A DNA stretch of 64,000 nt. It comes from a virus. The notes beneath the pieces were generated by a model that was given only the letters and a program-made list of their open reading frames with translations, made no database searches and was not told the DNA's origin. Location of the stretch: positions 96,001-160,000 of the IMG/VR virus record IMGVR_UViG_3300045988_167732; one strand, given 5' to 3'. The translations under genes were made by a program, and so were the position numbers. Shown piece by piece: positions 10,764 to 20,308 of the stretch (positions are counted from its first letter, which is position 1; each line of letters starts with the position of its first letter).

Positions 10764-11315
10764 ATGAAATTTTTAAGAGCGATAATGTTCAGATTGCAAT
10801 TTGCGAGCAACGCTCGCGCGTTGATTTATGTCGGGAAGAATATTATTTGTAATAATTTTTATCATGCTATTAAAAATGACGGGACTGTTTCTTTTAAAAT
10901 TAATGAATTGAAGAGTTTATTGAGAGGTAAACTTATTCATCCTTCTGATTGGTTTATTAGTAGATGTCCTAAGTGTGGTTGCTATTTATATTATCCTTGC
11001 GTAAGTACAAGTAAAGGTTATCCTGAATTTGGTAAAAAGGGTTTTGTGGGTATATGTGCTAACTGCTTTGAAGAAAGATTGATTGAGAATACTAAGGCTA
11101 TTAATTTTCCTATCGAACGTGAACATCGCTTACGCGATGAACATGGATATCAACTTGTGAATTATAAATATTATATTAAAGCTGGGACTATGAATAGAAA
11201 TGAACTTGAACAGTTTGTGAAAGAACTTGGGAATAGAAAGTATTGCAATGGCACTTTAATGAGTATTGATAAAGATTTGAATATGTTAGAATTGGGAGCA
11301 ATGCTCCCGCATTGA
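10764..11315 (+). CDS. zinc-finger-like protein, paralog of previous gene; 5' end uncertain
   Basis: FISRCPKCGCYLYY..GICANCFEE; an SD-preceded ATG at 10688 opens a different frame (MDKITYLRKTKEKINKEYL...) ending at about 10850, suggesting a frame disruption. Confidence 0.6.
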   Translation: MKFLRAIMFRLQFASNARALIYVGKNIICNNFYHAIKNDGTVSFKINELKSLLRGKLIHPSDWFISRCPKCGCYLYYPCVSTSKGYPEFGKKGFVGICANCFEERLIENTKAINFPIEREHRLRDEHGYQLVNYKYYIKAGTMNRNELEQFVKELGNRKYCNGTLMSIDKDLNMLELGAMLPH

Positions 11316-11494
11316 AATTAGGTGATATTATTGATAGTGGCAACGCTATCGGTTCGTGTAACATTGATAGTGACACTTCTGAAAAGAACACTTCTGAAAA
11401 AGATATTTCTGCTCGTGATGATATTGAAAAAACCATGAAGAGTTTCTTTGGTAATATTTGGGATAATCTTTATCAAGATGAACAATCTTCTTAA
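11312..11494 (+). CDS. small acidic protein (60 aa)
   Basis: ORF overlapping previous stop (ATGA). Confidence 0.55.
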   Translation: MKLGDIIDSGNAIGSCNIDSDTSEKNTSEKDISARDDIEKTMKSFFGNIWDNLYQDEQSS

Positions 11495-11586
11495 AGGGTA
11501 ATAAGAAAAAATAGAATGAAATATAGATAACAAGATTCTTGTGAAAGTTTGAATAAGTTACAAGAAAGTTGTAAAGTTTGAGAGTG

Positions 11587-11607
11587 AATTATCGTTAAAC
11601 GATAATT
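11587..11607. repeat. perfect 10-bp palindrome
   Basis: AATTATCGTT-A-AACGATAATT. Confidence 0.8.
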
Positions 11608-11919
11608 TTGTTTGAAGAAAAACGTAGTATGGAATGTTATGGTACATTTAGTACATTTAATGGAATGTTTGGAACATTCTTGGAATATTTGGTACATTAG
11701 CCCTGACGTACCGAAGGCCAATTTTGCCCATTTTCCTATTCTGGTGCTCTTTTAGGTAAGGAGAGGTAGCCATAAGCACAATCTTTTTTTCAAAAAAATT
11801 TACAAAAAATTCATAATCTGTTCACAATTTAAACAAACCACCTCTAAATGCTCAAAAATTAACATTTTCCATCTCATACCCAAAAAGTAACAATCTGTAA
11901 CCAAAATCTCATTAACTTC

Positions 11920-11948
11920 TTGACAACACCTCCTTCTTATGTTATAAT
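11920..11948 (+). promoter_or_regulatory. strong sigma70-type promoter
   Basis: TTGACA-17-TATAAT. Confidence 0.85.
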
Positions 11949-12081
11949 ACTCTCATGGTTGTATAAAGTAGGTAATAAACATTATTGCCAACGACCTAAG
12001 CGTTAAGGGTGAGTAATCTATTAAGAATCCGTATCTTAATATAAGTTATTCATCATATAGACTTAAGGAAGGAAACGATAA

Positions 12082-13083
12082 ATGAAAAACAAGAAATATA
12101 CAATTAAATATAGCAAGCCTAACCATAGCAACACAAACACAAACACAAACACAAACACCCCAACACATGAAGCACAACTCACAAACACACATCCTCTAAT
12201 TAAGACAAGTATTCGTAAAGCGATTGCAACTTGTCTCACATTCAGTTTAGTGGTAAGTGTAGTAGGGTATGCTCAAGCCTTAAATAAAACAGGCGAAGAT
12301 AATGCTTCCAAAGATAATGCTTCAACTTTGAGTGAAACTGAAATCTCCTCTCCTCATTATATTGCCATTAAAAACTTCCAAACACAAAAAGAAAATTATT
12401 GGGACATAAGCAATATCGAAAACATTGGTCCTGATAGAATTTTTTATGTGGACATGAGTAAAATGGTTGAGAACAATGCTGAAAATAATGATGAACCTGT
12501 TTATATTTTTTCAGACATGAGCGTACAGTATTCTAAAGGTCAAACTTCTGGAAGCAAAACTTCTGAACCTGAACATACAGAACCTAAGACCTCAACTTAT
12601 CGCTACGCATATTTAATTCATCTGACTGATTCTGAACGTCATGTAGCAGAAAGCATTGTAGCTGGTGAGAGTGGAAATCAACCCTTTGTAGGAAAGAAAC
12701 TCGTAGCACAGGCTATTTATAATGGTATGCTGAGAGACAATATGTCCCCCTCACAAGTAAGAAAACAATACTCCTATGATGGATATAAGGACATTGATGA
12801 ATTTGAAAAAGAATGTCTTAAAGCCTATGGCAACACAAATGCTGCTGATGAATGTAGACAAGCAGTAAAAGAGATATTCGATAATTATAGTATGCCTACA
12901 GATGATTTTGTATTATTCTTCTATGCTCCTGCGCATAGTAAAGGCACATGGCATGAGAATGCTAAGACTTTAAAGCCTATTACTTATGTAAAAGAAGATG
13001 GAAGCACTACTAATTATATTGGCGGTCATAAATTCTTTGCTTTGAAGAATGAACCTGTAATCAATTATACCAGAGAAGGTTAA
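12082..13083 (+). CDS. SleB-like cell wall hydrolase with N-terminal hydrophobic segment
   Basis: HVAESIVAGESGNQPFVGKKLVAQAIYNGM..., C-terminal FFYAPAHS..GGHKFF; hydrophobic segment ATCLTFSLVVSVVGYA. Confidence 0.7.
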   Translation: MKNKKYTIKYSKPNHSNTNTNTNTNTPTHEAQLTNTHPLIKTSIRKAIATCLTFSLVVSVVGYAQALNKTGEDNASKDNASTLSETEISSPHYIAIKNFQTQKENYWDISNIENIGPDRIFYVDMSKMVENNAENNDEPVYIFSDMSVQYSKGQTSGSKTSEPEHTEPKTSTYRYAYLIHLTDSERHVAESIVAGESGNQPFVGKKLVAQAIYNGMLRDNMSPSQVRKQYSYDGYKDIDEFEKECLKAYGNTNAADECRQAVKEIFDNYSMPTDDFVLFFYAPAHSKGTWHENAKTLKPITYVKEDGSTTNYIGGHKFFALKNEPVINYTREG

Positions 13084-13492
13084 GGATTTATAATAATCTA
13101 ATTTATTTGTAAGCAAGCTTAGGACTTGAGTACGGTTTGAATATAATTTGGATATATTTTAATTCTAAAATATGGCGAATTTAATTTAGACTGAAAAGTA
13201 ATAATAATTATAATTAAATTAAAAGAAAAAGCAAAAGAAATAGAAAAAAAATAAAAACAAAAAGAAAATAAATAATTTAATTATAATACATTACAAATAC
13301 AAAAGTACAAAGCTACTAAAAATTAGTAGTATACTTTTACCCAAATGATGATGCAACAAAAAACAGAACGAAATTTATAAGTAATTAATATATAATTAAT
13401 CCATAATTTTGTTTAGTTGTATATCTATTGCTCAAGTATGCTTTATACAACCTAATGATGTCTGTAGTAAGTCAAGAAAAATTATTAAACTC

Positions 13493-13521
13493 TTGACAAG
13501 CTACAGACATTTTGCTATAAT
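13493..13521 (+). promoter_or_regulatory. strong sigma70-type promoter
   Basis: TTGACA-17-TATAAT. Confidence 0.85.
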
Positions 13522-13554
13522 AATTAATGTAAAGAATGTGAAATGTAAAGAGAG

Positions 13555-14010
13555 GTGTATGTGATGCCGAGAGGTAGACCGAGAAAAAATCCTTTGCCTA
13601 TTATTGATACTGTCACGACAAACTCTAGTGAGAATGTTGTAAAGGAAGTTTCTAGTGAGACTACCAAGACAGAAGATGTTAATAAAATGGGAGTAGAAGT
13701 AGAGACTGTAAATAAAGGTAGACCCAAAAAGGATGACACACCTCGATGTGTATGTTGCAAAGAACCTATTTATTCAGGGCGTAGATTAAATCTATCTTTG
13801 CTTACAACACTTGCATCTTATCATTTTGCTGTAGAAGAAATGCAGCCTTATATTTGTAGTAGGTGTGCTTCTGATTTAGGGGAGGTTATTAATAAATGGC
13901 TCATCAAACATGGAGCAGAAGTTAAGCCATACTATAAGCCAGAATATATGGCTAAGAACTATGATGCTGGACTATCTAAAAATTTAAAGGAGGATAATTC
14001 AAATGGCTGA
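13555..14010 (+). CDS. small zinc-finger protein (151 aa)
   Basis: CVCCKEPIY ... YICSRCASD. Confidence 0.7.
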   Translation: MYVMPRGRPRKNPLPIIDTVTTNSSENVVKEVSSETTKTEDVNKMGVEVETVNKGRPKKDDTPRCVCCKEPIYSGRRLNLSLLTTLASYHFAVEEMQPYICSRCASDLGEVINKWLIKHGAEVKPYYKPEYMAKNYDAGLSKNLKEDNSNG

Positions 14011-14302
14011 GACCAGTATTGATTTCATTCATGGAGAAGATGTTGCTGTATGGAGTTCTGATTATTTCACTGTAATTAGGACTATGGAGGAATATCTCAA
14101 GAATTATCCTGACGAAATAAGTGTTGTATCTGATTATAGTGACAGTGATGGGCAGAACAGATGTTTGACTATTAAGATTCCTGCTAAGTGGATGAGAAAC
14201 CCCAAGCCTCCCAAGAGTCGCAATTTAACTGAGGAACAGAGAGAAGCCATGGTAGAACGTGGCAAGAGAATTGCTGCTTCAAGATGGGGGAATAAAGAAT
14301 AA
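14003..14302 (+). CDS. hypothetical protein (99 aa)
   Basis: ORF overlapping previous stop. Confidence 0.7.
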   Translation: MAETSIDFIHGEDVAVWSSDYFTVIRTMEEYLKNYPDEISVVSDYSDSDGQNRCLTIKIPAKWMRNPKPPKSRNLTEEQREAMVERGKRIAASRWGNKE

Positions 14303-14324
14303 TAAGAAAGAATATGTAGATATA

Positions 14325-14357
14325 AGAAGACCTGACTTTTATAAGTTGGGTCTTTTT
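14325..14357 (+). terminator. intrinsic terminator
   Basis: AAGACCTGACTT..AAGTTGGGTCTTTTTT. Confidence 0.7.
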
Positions 14358-15000
14358 TGTTTTGCAATTTTGCTTTGTGGGTGTGAGATGGATGAAAGAT
14401 GGGAGACTTATAAATAAATTATTTATATTTGAGCTTCAATTTTGAAAGATGGGGATTGGGTGGTGTAATTTGATGGGTGGAAAAAGAAATTGATTTTAAG
14501 ATGAAATTTATAAAGAATTGTTTACAAATGAAATGTTGCGTAAATATGAAGTGATGAATATGGAGAGATGAAATTGCTGAATATTTGCTGAGAAGAAGTG
14601 AAAGTAGCGAAGCGGGAAAAAGATTCTCCCTTGTGGTGATTAAAAAGACCCCCCCCGTTGCATCTTAAAAAGGGTGGGTGGGTTGGGAGATTAAAGTGAG
14701 AGAGAAACATAGTGGGACCTTCGCATCCGACGAACCTGAAAAAGTTTTGCCCTTTGATGAGGGTTTATTGAAAGGAAGGCGTTTCTCCTTTCAATTACCA
14801 ATTTTTAATTTTTTGGGGTGGTGGTGGGGAAAACTAAAAAATCTCCCCCTTGGAAATTAGAAAAATCTCCCCCTTAAATAAGGAAAAAGTTCCCCATCAA
14901 AAGGAAAATAGATTCTCACTGAGTAAGAATCTTAACTTATAGCCACTGAATAACTATAAGTGCTAAGAAGTCTAACCCACCCTCCCTACCAAGACTTCAC

Positions 15001-15450
15001 TTAACGGACACAAATTGAACCAATGTCTTCATAACGAACGACTTTGTATTCTTCTCGATTATTGTCACGAAGATGAATTTCCTGAAGTCGTTCATTCCAT
15101 GTTACATAATCGCACCACATATCAGTGCCATCTTTAAGATAAACCTGAGTCACTGGATGCTCCCTCCTTATTTTCTTCCAAAAATATTTTTGTTGTTCAC
15201 AGAAATGCTCATATTCATATTTTTCATCCCTTCGATGGTATTCCTCGTAATACTTTTTAGCCATAGCTAAAGAATCAATAGACTTACCATCTTTGAATTT
15301 TCTTGCTGCTAAGATTGAAGTTTCATCCATTTTAGCAATTCCAATGAATGTGAGAATTGTAATAGGAATTACAATAAACCAAAACAAAGGAACTCCTGCA
15401 AACAGACGAATTAGAATTGCAATGGGAAGACCAATTGCGAAGTAAGCCAA
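15001..15450 (-). CDS. membrane protein (149 aa)
   Basis: Two N-terminal hydrophobic stretches. Confidence 0.75.
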   Translation of the reverse strand: MAYFAIGLPIAILIRLFAGVPLFWFIVIPITILTFIGIAKMDETSILAARKFKDGKSIDSLAMAKKYYEEYHRRDEKYEYEHFCEQQKYFWKKIRREHPVTQVYLKDGTDMWCDYVTWNERLQEIHLRDNNREEYKVVRYEDIGSICVR

Positions 15451-15483
15451 AGTATCACAACCTTTCTTTAATTTTGATTATAC

Positions 15484-15807
15484 TTAGGTTTCATCAGTAA
15501 TTTTCCCTCCTCTCTTTTCTTTAACTACCTGAGCATAATCCATTTCATAACACCAAATAGAGCCATTGTCATACAAAGGCTTGACAACAACACTATCAGG
15601 ATTCTGCAAATTATCTCTGACATAATTTACTTCCTTCATAGAGAAGAAGTAACGACTGGTTTCATCTTTACGCTTACGCATACAAATTTTATTGAAATGA
15701 CAGATGCACTCTGTAAAGTAAGAGTCAAGCATTTCAGACATAACTTCAGCAAAAATAGCAGCAGTAGAGATAGGAGTATTGTTATTAAGATTCTTTTCCA
15801 TGACCAT
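15484..15807 (-). CDS. hypothetical protein (about 105 aa)
   Basis: ORF with RBS. Confidence 0.75.
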   Translation of the reverse strand: MVMEKNLNNNTPISTAAIFAEVMSEMLDSYFTECICHFNKICMRKRKDETSRYFFSMKEVNYVRDNLQNPDSVVVKPLYDNGSIWCYEMDYAQVVKEKRGGKITDET

Positions 15808-16023
15808 AAATCCTTTCTAAAATAAATAGTTTAATTGTTGAGGTTAATTTGTAAGAAAGGGGAGATTTCTCTCCCCAATCTTATTTTGCTCTACCAATGA
15901 GCCACAGGATTGCGATTGCAATCTCAAAACAAAGTAACACACCTTCGATGGTTATACACTTCACCTCCTTTCATTAAATTTTAAAGAATCTACATATACA
16001 TCACCTCCTTTCTTATTATAAAT

Positions 16024-16689
16024 TTATTCTTTTTCTTGATAAGCATACTCTCCAAAATATTTTTTTTCTCCTTTCTTTCGAGCCTCGATTGCCTCTTCTT
16101 TTGTATCATAAGTACCAAGCCAGTGATATTTTTTGTAAGCTGTGATTTCAGCGAACCATCGTCCACTTTTAGCTTGACGCACTCCGACTGTTGGAAGCTG
16201 TTTTTTGTTAATAACATTATCATTTTGAGCACAAATTCTTAAATTGTTTTTTCTGTTATCTCTAACTTTATGATTAATATGGTCAACAACTTCCCCTTCT
16301 TTTGCATTCATTACATAACGATGGAAAGAAATATCCTTACCATCTAAAACACCATAGATATATCCTGCACTTTGAATATGCCAACAAATATCTTTTATTT
16401 TATCATAGTCTTCTTTATCAAACAAAAAAGTGATGTCGGAATTGTCAATTTTGCCAACGCCATACTCTCCCGACAAATCGTACTCATTATATTTTCTTAA
16501 ATTTTCTTTCCTCCTTTTATCTCCATAACAACCGCAAGAAACAGTTGCTCCCGAACGTAAATGTCTTCCAGCTATCGACTTACGATTACCGCATATGCAT
16601 TGACAAATCCAGTATCCTTTTCTATCAGGGTCTTTTTCTTCAACTTGAAGAAAGCCATAAGTTTGTCCAGTTAAATCTATTTTTCTCAT
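16024..16689 (-). CDS. free-standing HNH homing endonuclease with AP2-like C-terminus
   Basis: ISFHRYVMNAKEGEVVDHINHKVRDNRKNNLRICAQNDN..., then GVRQAKSGRWFAEITAYKKYHWLGTYDTKEEAIEA. Confidence 0.9.
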   Translation of the reverse strand: MRKIDLTGQTYGFLQVEEKDPDRKGYWICQCICGNRKSIAGRHLRSGATVSCGCYGDKRRKENLRKYNEYDLSGEYGVGKIDNSDITFLFDKEDYDKIKDICWHIQSAGYIYGVLDGKDISFHRYVMNAKEGEVVDHINHKVRDNRKNNLRICAQNDNVINKKQLPTVGVRQAKSGRWFAEITAYKKYHWLGTYDTKEEAIEARKKGEKKYFGEYAYQEKE

Positions 16690-16707
16690 TTAATATATTC
16701 TCCTTCT

Positions 16708-17385
16708 TTAATGTTGGTTGAAAACAACAGATTCTCCTTTCTTAAGATTCCAGCATTTACCACAAGTGGCACAATTTCCTAAACATTCAAAAGAATCTTC
16801 AGGAATCTTTTGATTCTGTCCCTCCATTGCCTTTACTTTAAAACGAACAAAAGTCATAGGTAAATGAAATGGATTTTCTGGAATCCAATTTCCCCAAGTG
16901 CTGAAAACAATTTTAAGATTATCAGGAATTGTTTCGTCTGTTGCTAAATAGTTGTTCACAATTTGAAACTGTTTTGTAAACGCTAAATATTTTACATCAG
17001 GATTGTCTCTTGCGACTTTACACATTCCTTCTAAATAAGCTCTATCTACAATGTCTCCAGAATCATGCCATCTTACCATCTTAAAAAAAGATGTATTACA
17101 AGAAAGCTGATTAAAGAAAGACTTAGGATTAGTTTTATAAATATTCAGGTTGCGTTCTCTTACACTCTTTGCTGAAGCAAACATATAATGCCCCTTTAAA
17201 GCATAGCAATATTTACGACAAGGCGCATCAGGATTGCAGGTTTTACCAGCAGGAAGGTTGATAGCTCCGATAAATTTGCCAAGTTTGGAGTTACCAGTAG
17301 AGATAAAGACAACAGGAGAAGAGACAGATTCCAGATATTTAGCATCATTCAATTTCATAATAACATACTTCCTTTCAAATGTCAA
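16708..17385 (-). CDS. gene product 88-like protein
   Basis: NPDAPCRKYCYALKG..RWHDSGDIVD..YLAFTKQ pattern; assignment by eye. Confidence 0.5.
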   Translation of the reverse strand: MTFERKYVIMKLNDAKYLESVSSPVVFISTGNSKLGKFIGAINLPAGKTCNPDAPCRKYCYALKGHYMFASAKSVRERNLNIYKTNPKSFFNQLSCNTSFFKMVRWHDSGDIVDRAYLEGMCKVARDNPDVKYLAFTKQFQIVNNYLATDETIPDNLKIVFSTWGNWIPENPFHLPMTFVRFKVKAMEGQNQKIPEDSFECLGNCATCGKCWNLKKGESVVFNQH

Positions 17386-17410
17386 TATTTATTGATGTTT
17401 TTTGTATATA

Positions 17411-17941
17411 TTAGCAGTACTCATGGGTAGTTTTACTTTCATCCATAGCACTGATTGCCTTAGTAGAAAGGCATAAAAGGTCTTCGTTTGTAAAAGTATG
17501 AAGCTGATTTTGTGCTTTGTGCTTGGCATCATCAAAGCTTTTTGCTTCAACGAAAACTTCGAGAGTACCTTTAACCTCAAGAAGAACGTCATACTTTTGA
17601 AACTTGGAAGACTGTTTGAGTTCTGTTGCGTAATACTCTTTAAGAGTACTTATAGCCAGAATGAAACTAGACCTAAAAGCAAGACCAGTCCAAAGAGTAA
17701 TGTTTCTCTTAAGGTCAACAATCCAATAAACAGAAGGATGTTCAAGCTCCTCCTTCATTTCAGACTGCTCCTTGAGATATTTCATAAAATCTCGAAGATA
17801 TTCATACATATAGGCTTCTTTGATATGTTTGCCATCATAATGAGAAGTAGGCAAAGAAATGTTGTCATAATACTCAGGGTCTCCAAAAGCAATCATAACA
17901 ACAGGCTTATTGATATGGTCTCCACAGAAATAAGTTAACAT
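17411..17941 (-). CDS. hypothetical protein (176 aa)
   Basis: ORF with RBS. Confidence 0.8.
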   Translation of the reverse strand: MLTYFCGDHINKPVVMIAFGDPEYYDNISLPTSHYDGKHIKEAYMYEYLRDFMKYLKEQSEMKEELEHPSVYWIVDLKRNITLWTGLAFRSSFILAISTLKEYYATELKQSSKFQKYDVLLEVKGTLEVFVEAKSFDDAKHKAQNQLHTFTNEDLLCLSTKAISAMDESKTTHEYC

Positions 17942-18268
17942 TTAAGCACACTCCTTTTCAATTTCTTTAATGTGAGACAGCATGGAATTTGTGGCAGGAA
18001 CAAAGTTGTGGATATAAGAAAACGCATAATGATTTTTCCAATCACGACTATCCCAAATCCACTTGATAGAAAGCTTTTCAGTTTTGGGATTATAGATAGT
18101 CATGATTCCCAAACATCTTTCAGGATTTTCATCAAGAATATCCACTTTAGGAGGATAGAACTCGATGTAATATCTATGTTCTACGTTTGCCCAAGGGGTA
18201 AAGATTTTAAACTTGCCATACTCGTTTTCGAGGTTGGTGCGAACAGAACGAAGATTTAAAGTTGCCAT
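17942..18268 (-). CDS. hypothetical protein (108 aa)
   Basis: ORF. Confidence 0.8.
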   Translation of the reverse strand: MATLNLRSVRTNLENEYGKFKIFTPWANVEHRYYIEFYPPKVDILDENPERCLGIMTIYNPKTEKLSIKWIWDSRDWKNHYAFSYIHNFVPATNSMLSHIKEIEKECA

Positions 18269-18301
18269 AATTATACTCCTTTCAATTTTAAACGGCTTAA
18301 C

Positions 18302-18862
18302 TTAAATGATGTAGGACTTATATCTTTCGGTTGTAAGAACTTTCTTTTTAATCACATCCTTATAATTCATGATATAGGATTCGATAGGCTTATTCCACTG
18401 CCAACAATCCTTGCGAGTTTCCTGACCAATGCAAGATTTTGTTCCCTCGTAAACAGTGATAAAGAAAGGTCTATACTGATTACGAAGCATTTGAGAAATA
18501 CGTTTCACCTCCGTCCAATCACAGATTACATTAAGAACGTTGGAACAGATAAAGACATCTGCACTAGGAAAGCCATAACCCTCATCAGGATAGTTTCTAT
18601 ACCCATTAGGATGCCAATATGGGTCGTAACCAATATATTTGATATTCTTACACTTAAGGAAATCTCCGATAACTTCAGGATAGCGACCACATCCCCAATC
18701 ATAAACAATTAAAGGAGTTCCGAAAGTTTGGTAATGGCTAAAGGCGTTTTTACACCAAACCTTGTCGTATTTCAACTGACTCCAATCAATGTGGTTGTAA
18801 ACACGAGGAAGTTTGGAGCTGTTGACAGATGTAAACTTAGAAGTGATGGGCTGGTCTTTCAT
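18302..18862 (-). CDS. SAM-dependent methyltransferase-like protein
   Basis: VYDWGCGRYP ... YIGYDPYW ... ICSNVLNVI. Confidence 0.6.
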   Translation of the reverse strand: MKDQPITSKFTSVNSSKLPRVYNHIDWSQLKYDKVWCKNAFSHYQTFGTPLIVYDWGCGRYPEVIGDFLKCKNIKYIGYDPYWHPNGYRNYPDEGYGFPSADVFICSNVLNVICDWTEVKRISQMLRNQYRPFFITVYEGTKSCIGQETRKDCWQWNKPIESYIMNYKDVIKKKVLTTERYKSYII

Positions 18863-18896
18863 AATTTATACTCCTTTCAACTGTGTGTTGATTTAA

Positions 18897-19172
18897 TTAA
18901 CAATCAACAGTTATAGTTTCTTCAACGACAAGAAAATCACCCATGAGTTTACAATCATAGGAGGTAAACTCACTACCAGCGACACATTCAATAGGAATTT
19001 TATCGCTGTAGTAATTAAGACGCTCAAGGATTTCGTCACCTTTCCCCTCATCAAGCATAGCGCTGAGTTCGAGATATTCTTCTTCACTTTCAACTGCATA
19101 GATATGAAGCTGAGTTTTGGAGCAGGAATCGTCACTGAGCCAATTGTAGAGAGTAGAAGAATTGTATTTCAT
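18897..19172 (-). CDS. hypothetical protein (91 aa)
   Basis: ORF with RBS. Confidence 0.8.
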   Translation of the reverse strand: MKYNSSTLYNWLSDDSCSKTQLHIYAVESEEEYLELSAMLDEGKGDEILERLNYYSDKIPIECVAGSEFTSYDCKLMGDFLVVEETITVDC

Positions 19173-19208
19173 AGTTAAACTCCTTTCAAATTAGAACAAA
19201 TTGTTTTA

Positions 19209-19472
19209 TTACCAGTTGTAGTTATCGGACTGAAGGGTGTTAGTTACATAATTCTTTGCGGCCTTGAGTGAAGAGAATGCTTTGATAAAGGTATAAACAA
19301 CTACACCATCAATAACACTTTTTTTACTTAATTCCCAGCCCTTACGGGAGAAAACAGGACGAGAAATATAATATTTCTCATCCTTAGACATATAGAAGTT
19401 TTCTCCCTTTGTGCCAGTTACAGGCTTCCAATGAACGATGTTGTGAGAATCAGTAAGAATAATATTAGACAT
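19209..19472 (-). CDS. hypothetical protein (87 aa)
   Basis: ORF with RBS. Confidence 0.8.
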   Translation of the reverse strand: MSNIILTDSHNIVHWKPVTGTKGENFYMSKDEKYYISRPVFSRKGWELSKKSVIDGVVVYTFIKAFSSLKAAKNYVTNTLQSDNYNW

Positions 19473-19504
19473 ACAAGCACTTCCTTTCTTTTTGTTAGAT
19501 TAAT

Positions 19505-20065
19505 TTAACTCAAAAGCTTAAGAGTTCCTGTTTTGCCACAGCCACCGCATCTCCAAGCAGAAGGATTAGACCTAATACCTTGAACAGTGCTACAATTACG
19601 CTGATAAGTTTTCACTACCTTTTTACAGCAATCACAATAGATTTTGTAATTACCACTTAATTTAGCTTGCTGATTAAGATATTTGTGATAATTGGGGTCA
19701 TAACTGCATCTTTTGATATGTGTGCCATAAACAGCATTATATTTTGTAATAGCTCTATACCAACCGCTCGAATGTTCATGACTCAACCCATTGGTAACAC
19801 AATGAGCTACTTCGTGGATAATTGTACCCTGTACATTGATATCATCTCCAACCTCAAAATATTTCTTGTTGAAATTGAGGAGAAAATAGCGCTTACCATC
19901 AAGTGACCGTTTAGGACAGCACTGACCTAACCGATTCTTAGCTCTTGTATTCCATTCTACGACGATTTTTGTTTCAGACAATTCTGTGAATCCAAGATGA
20001 ATCAGATTCATTCTTGCCAGTTCGATGTAGTTTTTGACAGCTTCAATGTTGGTATACTTAGACAT
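19505..20065 (-). CDS. SprT-like zinc metalloprotease
   Basis: IIHEVAHCV (HExxH) plus C-terminal Zn ribbon CDCCKKVV..WRCGGCG. Confidence 0.8.
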   Translation of the reverse strand: MSKYTNIEAVKNYIELARMNLIHLGFTELSETKIVVEWNTRAKNRLGQCCPKRSLDGKRYFLLNFNKKYFEVGDDINVQGTIIHEVAHCVTNGLSHEHSSGWYRAITKYNAVYGTHIKRCSYDPNYHKYLNQQAKLSGNYKIYCDCCKKVVKTYQRNCSTVQGIRSNPSAWRCGGCGKTGTLKLLS

Positions 20066-20100
20066 AATTCTTAAATCCTTCCTTTTTATAAATGTTGTTA

Positions 20101-20298
20101 TTAGTGCTCCAAAGCTTCTTGGTTTTTAATGTCCTGCATAGTAGTTTCGACTGTGTTGCCACATTCCCAAGAATAAAGAAGTTGACCACATTCAGGACAA
20201 ATGTAGTCAAAATCTTCATCGAAGGTAATATTTACTTCAACTCCACAATCAGGACAACACTTACCAGTGCCATTAATAATTCGCAACATATTATTCAT
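20101..20298 (-). CDS. small zinc-ribbon protein (65 aa)
   Basis: CPDCGVEVNITFDEDFDYICPECG. Confidence 0.8.
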   Translation of the reverse strand: MNNMLRIINGTGKCCPDCGVEVNITFDEDFDYICPECGQLLYSWECGNTVETTMQDIKNQEALEH

Positions 20299-20308
20299 CT
20301 CCTTTTAA

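Noticed and set aside
12129-12164. ACAAACACAAAC repeats as a possible CRISPR or satellite
   Set aside because: Simple coding repeat (NTNTNT) inside the hydrolase N-terminus; no spacer structure.
15990-16010. Another ATG-TAG start with a good SD (M-Q-I-L-stop) before the HNH gene
   Set aside because: Only four codons, and the promoter and A/C loop pair seen in the eight elements were not found around it.
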